From NCBI GenBank assembly GCA_035477775.1, contig DATIKH010000080.1, forward strand, positions 41-64,040: 64,000 bases of DNA, given 5' to 3'. Both the position numbers and the translations under genes were made by a program. How positions within the stretch are numbered: position 1 is the first letter of the stretch; the number at the start of each line of letters is the position of its first letter. This DNA is from Bacteroidales bacterium. GTDB taxonomy: Bacteria; Bacteroidota; Bacteroidia; Bacteroidales; UBA7960. Shown here one piece after another: positions 10,156 to 19,559 of the stretch. Below the pieces are notes generated by a model. The model was not told the DNA's origin. It did no database searches and saw only the letters and a list, made by a program, of their open reading frames with translations.

Positions 10156-10956
10156 CTACCAAGAGCCCCCTGCACCACCTCCGCCAAAACTTCCGCCACC
10201 AAAACCTCCGAAGCCACCTCCACCGAAGCCTCCACGGAAGGCTCCGCTGCCGCTGCTGAAATTGCCCCATGATCCCCTGCTTCCGCGGCCTGCGCTGCCC
10301 ATCATCATAAGCAAAGTCCACATTGGTATTTGTCGCCCCGGGCTGTAATGCGACCTTCTCTTCCCTGAAAGCGAGAACAAGAAAATTATTACGAAAATAC
10401 CCAGAACCAAAAACCCCGAATAATCAGGAACTGTTGGCCGGAGGTAATCAGACGCAGGAAATTCGCCTGCTGCAAGTTGCATCAGCACGGTTGTAGCCTG
10501 GTCGAGCCCTTCGAAGTACCTATTTTCGCGAAAATTGGGAAGGATTTCACGGTCAACAACCCTTTTGGCGGCAATATCAGGAATCACTCCTTCGAGACCA
10601 TATCCAACAGAAATGTGAACATTGCCCCTGGAGTCTCCTTCGGGAGGGTTCACAAGTATCAGCACGCCATTTTCCCTCCCTGCCTGGCCAATGCCCCAGT
10701 TTTCGGCCAACTGGTCGGCAAATTCGGCAGGTGCCATCCCTTCAAGATCACTTATGGTAACAATGGCAATTTGAGTGCCATGCAGATTGCCGTATTCAGT
10801 AAGTTTTGCTTCCAGTGCAAATCTTTGATCCTGTGCAAGTATGCCCGCTAAATCGGTTACCAACGTTTGTGGGTTTGGCTTTTCAGGAATCCTAGCCAAG
10901 GCCATGTTTATTGACATTGCCAAGCTCCCCGAGAACAACAGTAGCAAGAGCCTCAT
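10156..10956 (-). CDS. TPM-domain protein (YgcG-like) with TM segment and Gly-rich C-terminal tail
   Basis: Signal peptide MRLLLLLFSGSLAMSINMALA from ATG 10956 (the ORF track start 11028 would overlap the upstream gene by 32 nt). TPM core DLAGILAQDQ...TQIAIVTISDLEG. TM segment FLVLGIFVIIFLF. Tail GGFGGGGFGGFGGGSFGGGGAGGSW. Confidence 0.8.
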   Translation of the reverse strand: MRLLLLLFSGSLAMSINMALARIPEKPNPQTLVTDLAGILAQDQRFALEAKLTEYGNLHGTQIAIVTISDLEGMAPAEFADQLAENWGIGQAGRENGVLILVNPPEGDSRGNVHISVGYGLEGVIPDIAAKRVVDREILPNFRENRYFEGLDQATTVLMQLAAGEFPASDYLRPTVPDYSGFLVLGIFVIIFLFSLSGKRRSHYSPGRQIPMWTLLMMMGSAGRGSRGSWGNFSSGSGAFRGGFGGGGFGGFGGGSFGGGGAGGSW

Positions 10957-10996
10957 ATAACGACCAATAGAAAAAGTGTTTTTCGGGCAAGTGGGC

Positions 10997-11437
10997 TCAT
11001 GCAATTGATATTTCATCGGTAAGCTCATTTAAATTATTTTTTTCGGCAGGAAAGTGTTTTTTCAATTCAACACCGGCTTTTTCAATGCCTTCAGCCAGGC
11101 CAGCAGCAAAATTTCCCTGCTTGAATTGTTCGGCCATACTGTCGGTAATTGCTTCCCAGAATCCTTCTTGAACCTTCTGGTTGATGCCTTTATCACCAAT
11201 GACGGCAAACTTTCTCGATTGCACGGCCAGGTAAAAAAGTATGCCATTACGGTGAATGGTCTTGGTCATGCCGAGCTTTTTGAAGATGTAAGCGGCACGG
11301 TCGAGCACATCGCCTTTAAATTCGCTGTCGATATGCACGCGGATCTCGCCCGATATTTCCGACTCGGCTTTGGCTATGGCCTGTACAATCAAACTTTCGT
11401 CGGCTCCTGAAAAAAACTTCCTTGCACTTGTTGCCAT
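10997..11437 (-). CDS. TPM-domain protein (cytoplasmic-type, 146 aa)
   Basis: Block ISGEIRVHIDSEF...GILFYLAVQSRKFAVIGDKGI is typical of the small TPM partner in LemA-TPM-TPM operons. Confidence 0.75.
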   Translation of the reverse strand: MATSARKFFSGADESLIVQAIAKAESEISGEIRVHIDSEFKGDVLDRAAYIFKKLGMTKTIHRNGILFYLAVQSRKFAVIGDKGINQKVQEGFWEAITDSMAEQFKQGNFAAGLAEGIEKAGVELKKHFPAEKNNLNELTDEISIA

Positions 11438-11439
11438 GG

Positions 11440-12045
11440 TTAAAATTCTACTGTTGGTACAATATGTGCCTGTTCGTCAGCTTCGAACTGAGGTTTGCGC
11501 TCAAATCCAAACATGCCGGCAAAAATATTTCTTGGAAACTGCCTTACGTTGGTATTAAAATCTCTGACTACCTCTGCATATTTGCGCCTTTCGTTGGAAA
11601 TGCGGTTTTCGGTCCCTTCTAGTTGTGTTTGCAAATCGAGGAAATTCTGGTTGGCTTTCAGGTCGGGATATGCTTCAACTACTACCATGAGTCTGCTTAG
11701 TGCAGAAGAAAGGCCATCCTGAGCCGATTGAAACTGTGCTATTGCCTCCGGAGTAAGGTTCTCCGGGTCGAGTTGCATTTGCATGGCCTGGTTTCGTGCT
11801 TCCACAACTGCTTCGAGAGTTTCGCGTTCGTGAGCGGCATAACCCTTTACTACATTGACCAGGTTTGGAATCAAATCAGCCCTGCGCTGGTAAACATTTT
11901 CAACCTGAGCCCACTGCCCTGAAACGCTTTCGTCGAGCCTTACCATTCTGTTGTACACGCCACTTATGTAAAAATAGCCAATCAAAACAATCAATACAAT
12001 TACCCCTATGGTAATCCACTTTTTCGGAAAAACAGGTGCTTTCAT
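11440..12045 (-). CDS. lemA: LemA family protein
   Basis: N-terminal TM segment, then YNRMVRLDESV...WAQVENVYQRRADLIPNLV...YPDLKANQNFLDLQ, which are LemA signature blocks. 2-nt gap to the next gene. Confidence 0.88.
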   Translation of the reverse strand: MKAPVFPKKWITIGVIVLIVLIGYFYISGVYNRMVRLDESVSGQWAQVENVYQRRADLIPNLVNVVKGYAAHERETLEAVVEARNQAMQMQLDPENLTPEAIAQFQSAQDGLSSALSRLMVVVEAYPDLKANQNFLDLQTQLEGTENRISNERRKYAEVVRDFNTNVRQFPRNIFAGMFGFERKPQFEADEQAHIVPTVEF

Positions 12046-12162
12046 TTTATACTGCGGGTTTAAGAGTTCGAAGGTAACGAGTTAGTAACTTGTAAATTGA
12101 AATTTTATAGTTAAAAAATCCTAAAGGCGCTTTTTCCTGATGCCTGGGTGTCCAGCATAAGG

Positions 12163-14040
12163 TTAGATAAGCTCGACACTCCGCTTAATAAATTCAGTCA
12201 GTTTTTCGCCTTTCAAAAGGTTTCGTGAGAGCATTGCAAGGTCGATAGCCTGCCTGATCAACCGGTCGCGGACAGCCTCGTCCTTTTCAAAGGCAACTTT
12301 GTAAATCAACGGATGGTTGGAATTTACTACGAGCATGAAATTATCGGGCAGGTTGCTCATATAATTCATGCCTCCGAAAAGCGACATGTCTTTCATGCGC
12401 CGCATAAATTCTGGCTGGGTAATGATCATGGGAGGCTCCGATTCGCTGAGGTTCTCGAAACTAACATTGAAACTTTCCTGGTCAACCATGCGTTCGATTA
12501 CCGGAGCCAACAATTTCTTTTCCTCATCGGAAAGTTTCGAAGGAAGCTCATCATCCTTCGGAATCAGTTTATCAATGATGTCGGAATCGACCCTTACAAA
12601 ACTCGATTTTTCAAGCTCCGATTCCAGCATGTTTACAAAATGGCTGTCGATGGGTGTGTCCATTATGAGAACATCATAACCCCTTTCTTTGGCCAATTCA
12701 ACAAAGCTATGCTGGTCGTGCGGATGGTTGGTATAAAGGTGAACAATTTGTTTGTCCTTGTTGGTCTGGTTGGTTTTTATGTGATTTTGATATTCCTCAA
12801 ATGTGAAATATTTCCCGTCCACGTTTTTGAGCAAGCAAAACTTTTTGGCGCGCTCCCTGAACTTATCGTCGGAAATCATGCCGTACTCAATAAAAATTTT
12901 AATATCATCCCATTTTGACTCCAGGTCGGCCCGGTTCGATTTGAAAAGGTCTTCGAGCTTATCGGCAACTTTCTTGGTAATATGACTGCTGATTTTTTTT
13001 ACGTTGGAATCACTTTGCAGGAAACTGCGCGAAACATTTAGCGGGATATCGGGCGAATCGATTACCCCGTGGAGCAGGGTCAGAAAATCGGCAACTATTC
13101 CTTCGACCGAGTCGGTTACAAAAACCTGATTGCAATACAACTGGATTTTATTGCGCTGTATTTCAAAGTTTTGTTTCACTTTGGGGAAGTACAATATCCC
13201 TGTAAGATTAAACGGATAATCGACATTTAGGTGGATATTGAACAGTGGCTCCTCGAAACTTGAAGGGTACAACTCGCGGTAGAAGGTTTTATAGTCCTCT
13301 TCTTTTAGATCGGCTGGCTTTTGAGTCCAGGCCGGCTTTATATTGTTTATGATGCGAGGTTCTTCAATAGTAATTTCTTTTTCTTCGCCCTGATCGTCTT
13401 TTTCTTTTATGGTCTTTTTTTGTGTACCGAAGGCGATTTCGACCGGAAGGAACTTGCAGTACTTTTTCAAAAGACCTTGTATGCGGCCCTCCTCAAGAAA
13501 TTCCTCGGAGTCGGCTCCTATATGCAAAATCACATCGGTGCCACGGCCGGCTTTCTCTGCCTCTTCCAGAAGAAACTCGGGGTTACCATCGCACTCCCAT
13601 CTAACTGCCTGTGAGCCGGGTTTATATGATCGGGTAAAAATCTCCACCTTTTTGGATACCATGAACGAAGAATAAAATCCCAGACCAAAATGACCAATGA
13701 TGGCGCCCGCACCATCTTGTTTCTGGTATTTGGCAATCCATTCTTCGGCGCTGCTAAAGGCAATCTGATTAATGTATTTTTTTACTTCATCGGAAGTCAT
13801 GCCAATCCCTTTGTCGCTTATGGTTATGGTTTTGGCCTGGGCATCGACCTTTACCTCTATGGAAAGGTTGCCCAAATCCCCCTGATATTCCCCAAGCGAG
13901 GAGAGGGCTTTTAATTTTTGGGTGGCATCAACTGCGTTGGAAACCAGCTCCCTGATGAAAATCTCATGATCGGAATACAGAAACTTCTTGATGATGGGAA
14001 AAATATTTTCCGTTTTGACGGCAATCTTACCTTTTTGCAT
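12163..14040 (-). CDS. htpG: Molecular chaperone HtpG (Hsp90)
   Basis: GHKL N-terminus IFIRELVSNAVDA plus GHFGLGFYS. I place the start at the internal ATG (14038-14040, MQKGKIAVKTE...). The 43 upstream codons of the track ORF are not Hsp90-like. Confidence 0.93.
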   Translation of the reverse strand: MQKGKIAVKTENIFPIIKKFLYSDHEIFIRELVSNAVDATQKLKALSSLGEYQGDLGNLSIEVKVDAQAKTITISDKGIGMTSDEVKKYINQIAFSSAEEWIAKYQKQDGAGAIIGHFGLGFYSSFMVSKKVEIFTRSYKPGSQAVRWECDGNPEFLLEEAEKAGRGTDVILHIGADSEEFLEEGRIQGLLKKYCKFLPVEIAFGTQKKTIKEKDDQGEEKEITIEEPRIINNIKPAWTQKPADLKEEDYKTFYRELYPSSFEEPLFNIHLNVDYPFNLTGILYFPKVKQNFEIQRNKIQLYCNQVFVTDSVEGIVADFLTLLHGVIDSPDIPLNVSRSFLQSDSNVKKISSHITKKVADKLEDLFKSNRADLESKWDDIKIFIEYGMISDDKFRERAKKFCLLKNVDGKYFTFEEYQNHIKTNQTNKDKQIVHLYTNHPHDQHSFVELAKERGYDVLIMDTPIDSHFVNMLESELEKSSFVRVDSDIIDKLIPKDDELPSKLSDEEKKLLAPVIERMVDQESFNVSFENLSESEPPMIITQPEFMRRMKDMSLFGGMNYMSNLPDNFMLVVNSNHPLIYKVAFEKDEAVRDRLIRQAIDLAMLSRNLLKGEKLTEFIKRSVELI

Positions 14041-14259
14041 ATACAGAAAAATTATATAATAAAAACTATGAAGCTTCAAAGTGCATGCCAGCGACAAACA
14101 ACTGCCAATTTGACTGTTTCTTGTCCTGGCTGGCCAATGTTGCAGCAAATTTATACCATTAATTTTCAACGAAATAAAAAAATATTAAAAAAATTAGTAC
14201 CTTGTATTGCATAGTACTAAAATTTTGTTTTACCTTTGTGCCATCAAATTTCCCAAAGC

Positions 14260-14604
14260 ATGAACCTTGAAAATACCAAAGCACAAATGCGAAAAGGAGT
14301 ACTGGAGTTTTGCATACTTTCCCTGCTGTCGGGCAGGGAGGCATACGCCAACGATTTAATATTGAGTATGAAGGAATCCAGGCTTCTTGTGGTGGAGGGA
14401 ACTATTTATCCTTTGCTTACGCGATTGAAAAACGAAGGGTTGCTGACCTACCGCTGGGTGGAATCCACCGGTGGGCCACCCCGGAAGTACTACTCTGCAA
14501 CCCAGGATGGAGTTGCATTTTTGAAAGAACTCAGGCAAACCTGGGAAGAACTTACTGCAGCTGTGGCCAATGCTACTGCCGGTAATGGATCAGCAACCAT
14601 TTAA
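14260..14604 (+). CDS. PadR family transcriptional regulator
   Basis: Winged-helix block GVLEFCILSLLSGREAYANDL...GTIYPLLTRLKNEGLL. ATG at 14260. Confidence 0.88.
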   Translation: MNLENTKAQMRKGVLEFCILSLLSGREAYANDLILSMKESRLLVVEGTIYPLLTRLKNEGLLTYRWVESTGGPPRKYYSATQDGVAFLKELRQTWEELTAAVANATAGNGSATI

Positions 14605-14753
14605 ACATTGCATAAATTTCAGTTGGTACATTGACCTTAAACCGTTGGCCAGCATGACTCGTAAAACTCAAACAAGGATGTAATTTCAAAATGCGGGTTC
14701 CTTTTCTGCCTGGTCAGGAGGGTATCCGACATTAATTCAAAAAAATTTTACAA

Positions 14754-16313
14754 ATGAAAAAGACATTGACAATAAATCTCAGTGGGGTGGTCTTTCACAT
14801 AGATGAGGACGCTTATGAGTTTCTGTATCAATATTTGGCAAAAATTCGCAACCATTTTTCGAAGGAGGAAGGATGTGATGAGATATTGTGGGATATTGAA
14901 AACCGAATTGCCGAGACCCTGCAGGCAAAACTGACGGATGGCCGACAGGTGATTACTCTTGCCGACGTGCGGGAAGTAATTGGACAGCTTGGCGAGCCAG
15001 AACAAATCGACAATGAAGCCGAGCCAAGCCCCGGAGCAGCTCCAAATTCCAAAACAGTCAAAGGACCACGAAGATTATACCGCAATCCCGACGGAGCCAT
15101 TCTTGGCGGTGTGGCAGGTGGCCTGGCAGCATTCTTCCAGATTGACACCACCCTGGTAAGGCTTGCTTTTGTATTGTTTGCCTTTGTTGGCGGCTTTAGC
15201 ATAATCACTTACCTGGTCATGTGGATTGTGGTACCTCGCGCCAACACAACAGCCGAGAAACTCGAAATGAAAGGCGAGGAGGTAAACATCTCCAACATTG
15301 AAAAATCCATTAAAGAGGAGTTGGAGGAAGTAAAAAAGAATGTAAAGAATTTTTCATCTGAGGCTGAGAAGGCATTCCGGCAAAAAGCATCCGATCGAAC
15401 TGCTGGTGAAGCTTTTTTGGGTGGAATCGCCACCGGATTTGGCGAAGTAATAAAAACCCTGGCTAAGGTTGTTGCAGCACTGGTTGGTTTGTTTTTTCTT
15501 TTTACGGGAATATTTTTGCTCATTGGGTTTATTTGGGTGCTTGCCGGAGGCCCCATTGCCATTGATGCCGATCAAGGCTTACAAGCCTTTTCTTTTGAGG
15601 CTCTTGCCAATCTGATCTTTACTGACCCGACAACTTCATCCATATCCCTTGCCAGCCTTTTTCTGCTAACTGTGATTCCAATTATTGCAATGCTTTACAC
15701 TGGAACTTTACTAATTGTTGGAACCCGGGCACGTATTAAATATTTTGGGCGGGTTGGAATTACACTTTGGTTGGTGGGTTTGGGCATGGGGCTATTTTCG
15801 CTGGCCAGCGGCACCAAAAACTATTTGCACCAGCGTACCGTAACCGAGGAGTCGGCACCGATCGCATCTACATTGGATACTCTTGAAATTCATTTAAATA
15901 CCAAAAGATACAGCGATATAGGTGTAATGAGGGCCTACGACTTCGATAGTTGGGATTTGCTTTGGACTGTTCACAACGGTTACAGGCACCTCAAGCCGCA
16001 GGTAAGGATTGTGGAAACATCGGGTGAGCAGATTGAAGTAATCGTTCACAAAAGGGCCCGTGGAAACAATCCTCAGATTGCGTGGCAAAATGCCGAAAAC
16101 ATCAGTTATGCATTTGCATACGAAGAAAACCGGTTAATTCTTGACCCTTTCTTCGCTTTTGCTGAAGCCGATGGATGGCGTGCCCAGCGGGTAACAATTG
16201 AAATTCTTGTGCCTGCCTCCGTGCATGTTTACATGAGTAGCGAACTGAAGGAATCGTTAGACATTTTTTATCCCCGTAGTCGAATGGAAGTCTCCTGGCC
16301 TGTTGTGGATTAA
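14754..16313 (+). CDS. PspC-domain membrane protein (519 aa)
   Basis: PspC domain RLYRNPDGAILGGVAGGLAAFFQIDTTLVRLAFVLFAFVGGFSIITYLVMWIVVP, four further TM segments, and a C-terminal ~170-aa non-membrane domain. Lies downstream of PadR. Confidence 0.85.
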   Translation: MKKTLTINLSGVVFHIDEDAYEFLYQYLAKIRNHFSKEEGCDEILWDIENRIAETLQAKLTDGRQVITLADVREVIGQLGEPEQIDNEAEPSPGAAPNSKTVKGPRRLYRNPDGAILGGVAGGLAAFFQIDTTLVRLAFVLFAFVGGFSIITYLVMWIVVPRANTTAEKLEMKGEEVNISNIEKSIKEELEEVKKNVKNFSSEAEKAFRQKASDRTAGEAFLGGIATGFGEVIKTLAKVVAALVGLFFLFTGIFLLIGFIWVLAGGPIAIDADQGLQAFSFEALANLIFTDPTTSSISLASLFLLTVIPIIAMLYTGTLLIVGTRARIKYFGRVGITLWLVGLGMGLFSLASGTKNYLHQRTVTEESAPIASTLDTLEIHLNTKRYSDIGVMRAYDFDSWDLLWTVHNGYRHLKPQVRIVETSGEQIEVIVHKRARGNNPQIAWQNAENISYAFAYEENRLILDPFFAFAEADGWRAQRVTIEILVPASVHVYMSSELKESLDIFYPRSRMEVSWPVVD

Positions 16314-16413
16314 ATAAATGGGGAACTCAAACCTGCCAACCTTGCCAGCACAAACTTTTAAAAAATCTTTTGATAATTAACTCAACTATGAATTGTAATC
16401 AACAAGTATCATC

Positions 16414-16887
16414 ATGTTAAAAACAAAAAAACCAAAAATGAAAAATTTGAAACTTCGCATTATCGGAATCGCAACAGTTATGGCTTTTGCGCAGGTAACA
16501 CTTGCAGGCTGCAAGGCTGAAAAACCCCTTTCATCGGCTGAAATTCCTCAGGAAATAGCCGGCTTTGTAACAACTCATTTTCCGGGCAATCCCATCTTAC
16601 ACAGCATAAAAGAAAGGGATGTATTTTCCCACACCTACGAAATCTTACTTGAAGGCAACATAACTCTTGAATTCAACCGCAACCGTGAACTAACCTATCT
16701 TGAAAGCGCAACTGCAATTTCCGGTGCTATATTACCTGAACCGCTCCAGAAATATATTAAATCCAACTATCCTGGTACCTCAATAGTAGAATGGGACCTG
16801 GAGGGCAGAAACCAGCATGTTGAACTCGACAACGGACTGTCGCTGATTTTCAACAGAAATGGTGAGTTTCTAAGATTAGACATGTAA
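16414..16887 (+). CDS. PepSY-like (putative beta-lactamase-inhibitor-like) lipoprotein
   Basis: Lipobox LAGC. Two repeats of the PepSY-like pattern: IPQEIAGFVTTHFPGNPILHSIKE...LEFNRNRELTYLE and LPEPLQKYIKSNYPGTSIVEWDLEG...LIFNRNGEFLRLD. Confidence 0.7.
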   Translation: MLKTKKPKMKNLKLRIIGIATVMAFAQVTLAGCKAEKPLSSAEIPQEIAGFVTTHFPGNPILHSIKERDVFSHTYEILLEGNITLEFNRNRELTYLESATAISGAILPEPLQKYIKSNYPGTSIVEWDLEGRNQHVELDNGLSLIFNRNGEFLRLDM

Positions 16888-17032
16888 TGGATGACAATAT
16901 AAACGCCAAAAAGTAAAAGTATCTACCTTTAAAGTTTCTGTGGCTTTGATGTAATTCTGCGACAAAATGGTTTTTTGGACTATTCTGGAATTGCCACCTT
17001 GAACACTTCACAGGCATATTTGTTACATTTGC

Positions 17033-17062
17033 GTAGCCCTTACCCATAAGGGCTACCTTTTT
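17033..17062 (+). terminator. Rho-independent terminator-like hairpin
   Basis: Perfect 10-bp stem GTAGCCCTTA / TAAGGGCTAC with loop CCCA, followed by CTTTTTA. Confidence 0.6.
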
Positions 17063-17096
17063 ATACAAAACACTCTCATTGCCAACAACTAAGCCC

Positions 17097-19511
17097 ATGC
17101 AAAGCTCTACGAACATGCATTCTGCCGGGTACATTGCCGAGGTACTCAATGATTACCGAATTGCCCATGAAAGCAGGCAGGCAAGTATATTTGGGCGACG
17201 TGAGGTACTCACGGGCAAAGCCAAATTTGGCATTTTTGGCGATGGGAAGGAGGTGCCCCAACTGGCAATGGCCCGGGTTTTTAGAAACGGCGACTGGCGC
17301 TCGGGATATTATCGCGACCAAACTTTTATGCTGGCCACGGGTATGTTGACACTCGAATCGTTTTTCAGTCAGCTTTATGGCGATACCGATCTGGAGGCAA
17401 ACCCCGACAACGGTGGGCGCATGATGAACAACCACTTTGCCACACGTAGCCTCGATGCACAGGGCAATTGGAAAGAACTCACAAGGCAAAAAAACTCATC
17501 GGCCGATATTTCGCCCACGGCCGGGCAAATGCCCAGACTTCTGGGGCTTTCCCTGGCTTCAAAGGTATTCAGGCACCACGATCAGATTCACGATAATTAC
17601 CGATTTAGCGACCATGGCAACGAAGTTGCATTCGGCACAATTGGAGACGCCAGTACCAGCGAAGGACATTTTTTTGAAACCCTGAATGCCGCTGCTGTAA
17701 TGCAGGTTCCTATGGCGGTGTCGGTGTGGGATGATGGCTATGGCATCAGCGTCCCTAGAGAATTTCAAACAGCAAAAAATAGTATCTCCGAAGCCCTCCA
17801 AGGCATGCAGATAAGCATGGAAGGGGAGAGGGGAATACTTATTTTCAAGGAGAAAGCATGGAATTATGAAGGGTTGATAGAAATTTATGAGAAGGGTATC
17901 GCACGATGCCGCGCCGAACATATTCCGGTACTTTTTCATATTACTGAGGTTACGCAACCCCTTGGTCATTCCACGTCGGGTTCGCATGAGAGGTACAAAA
18001 GCAAAGAACAGCTTGCATGGGAAGCTGAGTTCGACTGTGTCAGGCAGATGCGTCTTTGGATTCTGGAAAAGGGTTTAGCACAGGCCGAGGAACTTGACAA
18101 AATCGAAGCCCAGGCTGCCCTCAGGGTTAAAGAGGCCCGAAACAAGGCATGGGATAGTTTTCAGAAGCCTATCCTGAAAATGCGTGCCCATTTTATTAAA
18201 ATGGTCAATATAGAACAATGCAATTGTATTAAAGCCGGTAAGATAGACAATCTGTTGCAAGATTTGAGCCGCATCGGCGAGCCTGTGCGAAAGGATGTCA
18301 TTTCGACTGCAAAAAAAATCCTGCGTTTGATATGCCACAGCTGTTCGAGCGAAAAATCGCTTAAAGTCAGGGTTATGAACTGGCTCAACGAAACCCTTAA
18401 AGAAAACCATGAGCGCTACAACTCGCACCTCTATAGCGAATCAGACCTTTCGGCCCTGAAGATAAAACCTACACCTATAGTTTATGCAGAGGATGGTCCG
18501 GTACTTAACGGACGTGAGATACTTTTGGCTAACTACGACAAGCTTTTCAGCAAGTATCCCGAAGCGTTGATTTTTGGCGAAGATGTGGGGCATATCGGAG
18601 GTGTAAATCAAACCCTGGAAGGGCTTCAGAAAAAATACGGCAACCTTCGTATTTCCGATACGGGTATTCGCGAAGCTACCATTATCGGGCAGGGTATCGG
18701 CCTGGCCATGAGAGGCCTCCGGCCTATTGCCGAAATTCAATATTTGGATTACCTGCTGTATGGGCTGCAGGTACTAAGCGACGACCTGGCTACACTAAGA
18801 TATCGGACAGTTGGCGGGCAAAAAGCACCGCTCATTGTGAGCACCCGTGGCCACAGGCTCGAAGGGATATGGCATTCGGGGAGCCCTATGGGCATGCTGA
18901 TACATTCGGTTCGGGGAATGTATGTGCTGGTTCCTCGCGATATGACCCGTGCTGCCGGATTTTATAATACTTTGATGCAGTGCGACGACCCCGCAATTGT
19001 CATAGAGCCCCTCAACGGCTACAGGCTTAAGGAAAAGCTGCCCGAAAATATCGGCGAATTTACATTGGAACTGGGCAAACCCGAAGTGTTGACCGAAGGT
19101 ACCGATATCACATTAGTAACTTATGGTTCGTGCGTGCGCATTGCCCAGGATGCCATTGGCCAATTAGGTGAATTTGGAATTTCGGTGGAGCTTATCGACG
19201 TACAAACCCTGCTGCCATTCGACCTGAATCACTTGATTGTAAAATCATTGCAAAAAACCAACAAGATTGTATTTTTCGATGAAGACGTGCCCGGCGGAGC
19301 CACGGCTTACATGATGCAGAAAGTGCTCGAGGAGCAAGGCGGATACCTTTACCTCGATGCCGAACCCGGAACCATTACCGCCAAAGACCATCGCGCAGCC
19401 TACAGTACCGACGGCGATTATTTCTCCAACCCAAACGCAGAGATGGTGTTCGAAAAAATTTATCACATGATGCACCTCTACAACCCTGAAAAATATCCGG
19501 TGATTTTCTGA
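17097..19511 (+). CDS. Fused alpha/beta E1 component of a 2-oxoacid dehydrogenase (TPP-dependent)
   Basis: About 800 aa. The N-terminal half is E1-alpha-like (GTIGDASTSEGHFFETLNAAAV TPP region). The C-terminal half is E1-beta/transketolase-like (ISDTGIREATIIGQGIGLAMRGLRPIAEIQYLDY, then a C-terminal domain). First ATG at 17097; the track starts at TTG 17079. Confidence 0.85.
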   Translation: MQSSTNMHSAGYIAEVLNDYRIAHESRQASIFGRREVLTGKAKFGIFGDGKEVPQLAMARVFRNGDWRSGYYRDQTFMLATGMLTLESFFSQLYGDTDLEANPDNGGRMMNNHFATRSLDAQGNWKELTRQKNSSADISPTAGQMPRLLGLSLASKVFRHHDQIHDNYRFSDHGNEVAFGTIGDASTSEGHFFETLNAAAVMQVPMAVSVWDDGYGISVPREFQTAKNSISEALQGMQISMEGERGILIFKEKAWNYEGLIEIYEKGIARCRAEHIPVLFHITEVTQPLGHSTSGSHERYKSKEQLAWEAEFDCVRQMRLWILEKGLAQAEELDKIEAQAALRVKEARNKAWDSFQKPILKMRAHFIKMVNIEQCNCIKAGKIDNLLQDLSRIGEPVRKDVISTAKKILRLICHSCSSEKSLKVRVMNWLNETLKENHERYNSHLYSESDLSALKIKPTPIVYAEDGPVLNGREILLANYDKLFSKYPEALIFGEDVGHIGGVNQTLEGLQKKYGNLRISDTGIREATIIGQGIGLAMRGLRPIAEIQYLDYLLYGLQVLSDDLATLRYRTVGGQKAPLIVSTRGHRLEGIWHSGSPMGMLIHSVRGMYVLVPRDMTRAAGFYNTLMQCDDPAIVIEPLNGYRLKEKLPENIGEFTLELGKPEVLTEGTDITLVTYGSCVRIAQDAIGQLGEFGISVELIDVQTLLPFDLNHLIVKSLQKTNKIVFFDEDVPGGATAYMMQKVLEEQGGYLYLDAEPGTITAKDHRAAYSTDGDYFSNPNAEMVFEKIYHMMHLYNPEKYPVIF

Positions 19512-19539
19512 TATATAGCAGGAAACCTGTAAGTAAAGA

Positions 19540-19559
19540 GGTTTCGCGTCCGCGAAACC
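19540..19559 (+). terminator. GC-rich hairpin after the E1 gene (no U-tract)
   Basis: GGTTTCGCG-TC-CGCGAAACC, 28 nt after the stop. There is no T-run, so terminator function is uncertain. Confidence 0.3.

Noticed and set aside
10053-10348. Pro-rich (PPPKPPKPPPPKPP) and other ORFs on both strands over 10053-10348
   Set aside because: They are antisense or frame shadows of the GGN-rich DNA encoding the Gly-rich tail of the TPM protein. They have no start context or independent support.
14041-14169. 43-codon N-terminal extension of the htpG ORF in the track (MKINGINLLQHWPARTRN...)
   Set aside because: The extension is not Hsp90-like. A conserved-looking HtpG N-terminus begins at the internal ATG (14040), so the upstream part is most likely untranslated leader.
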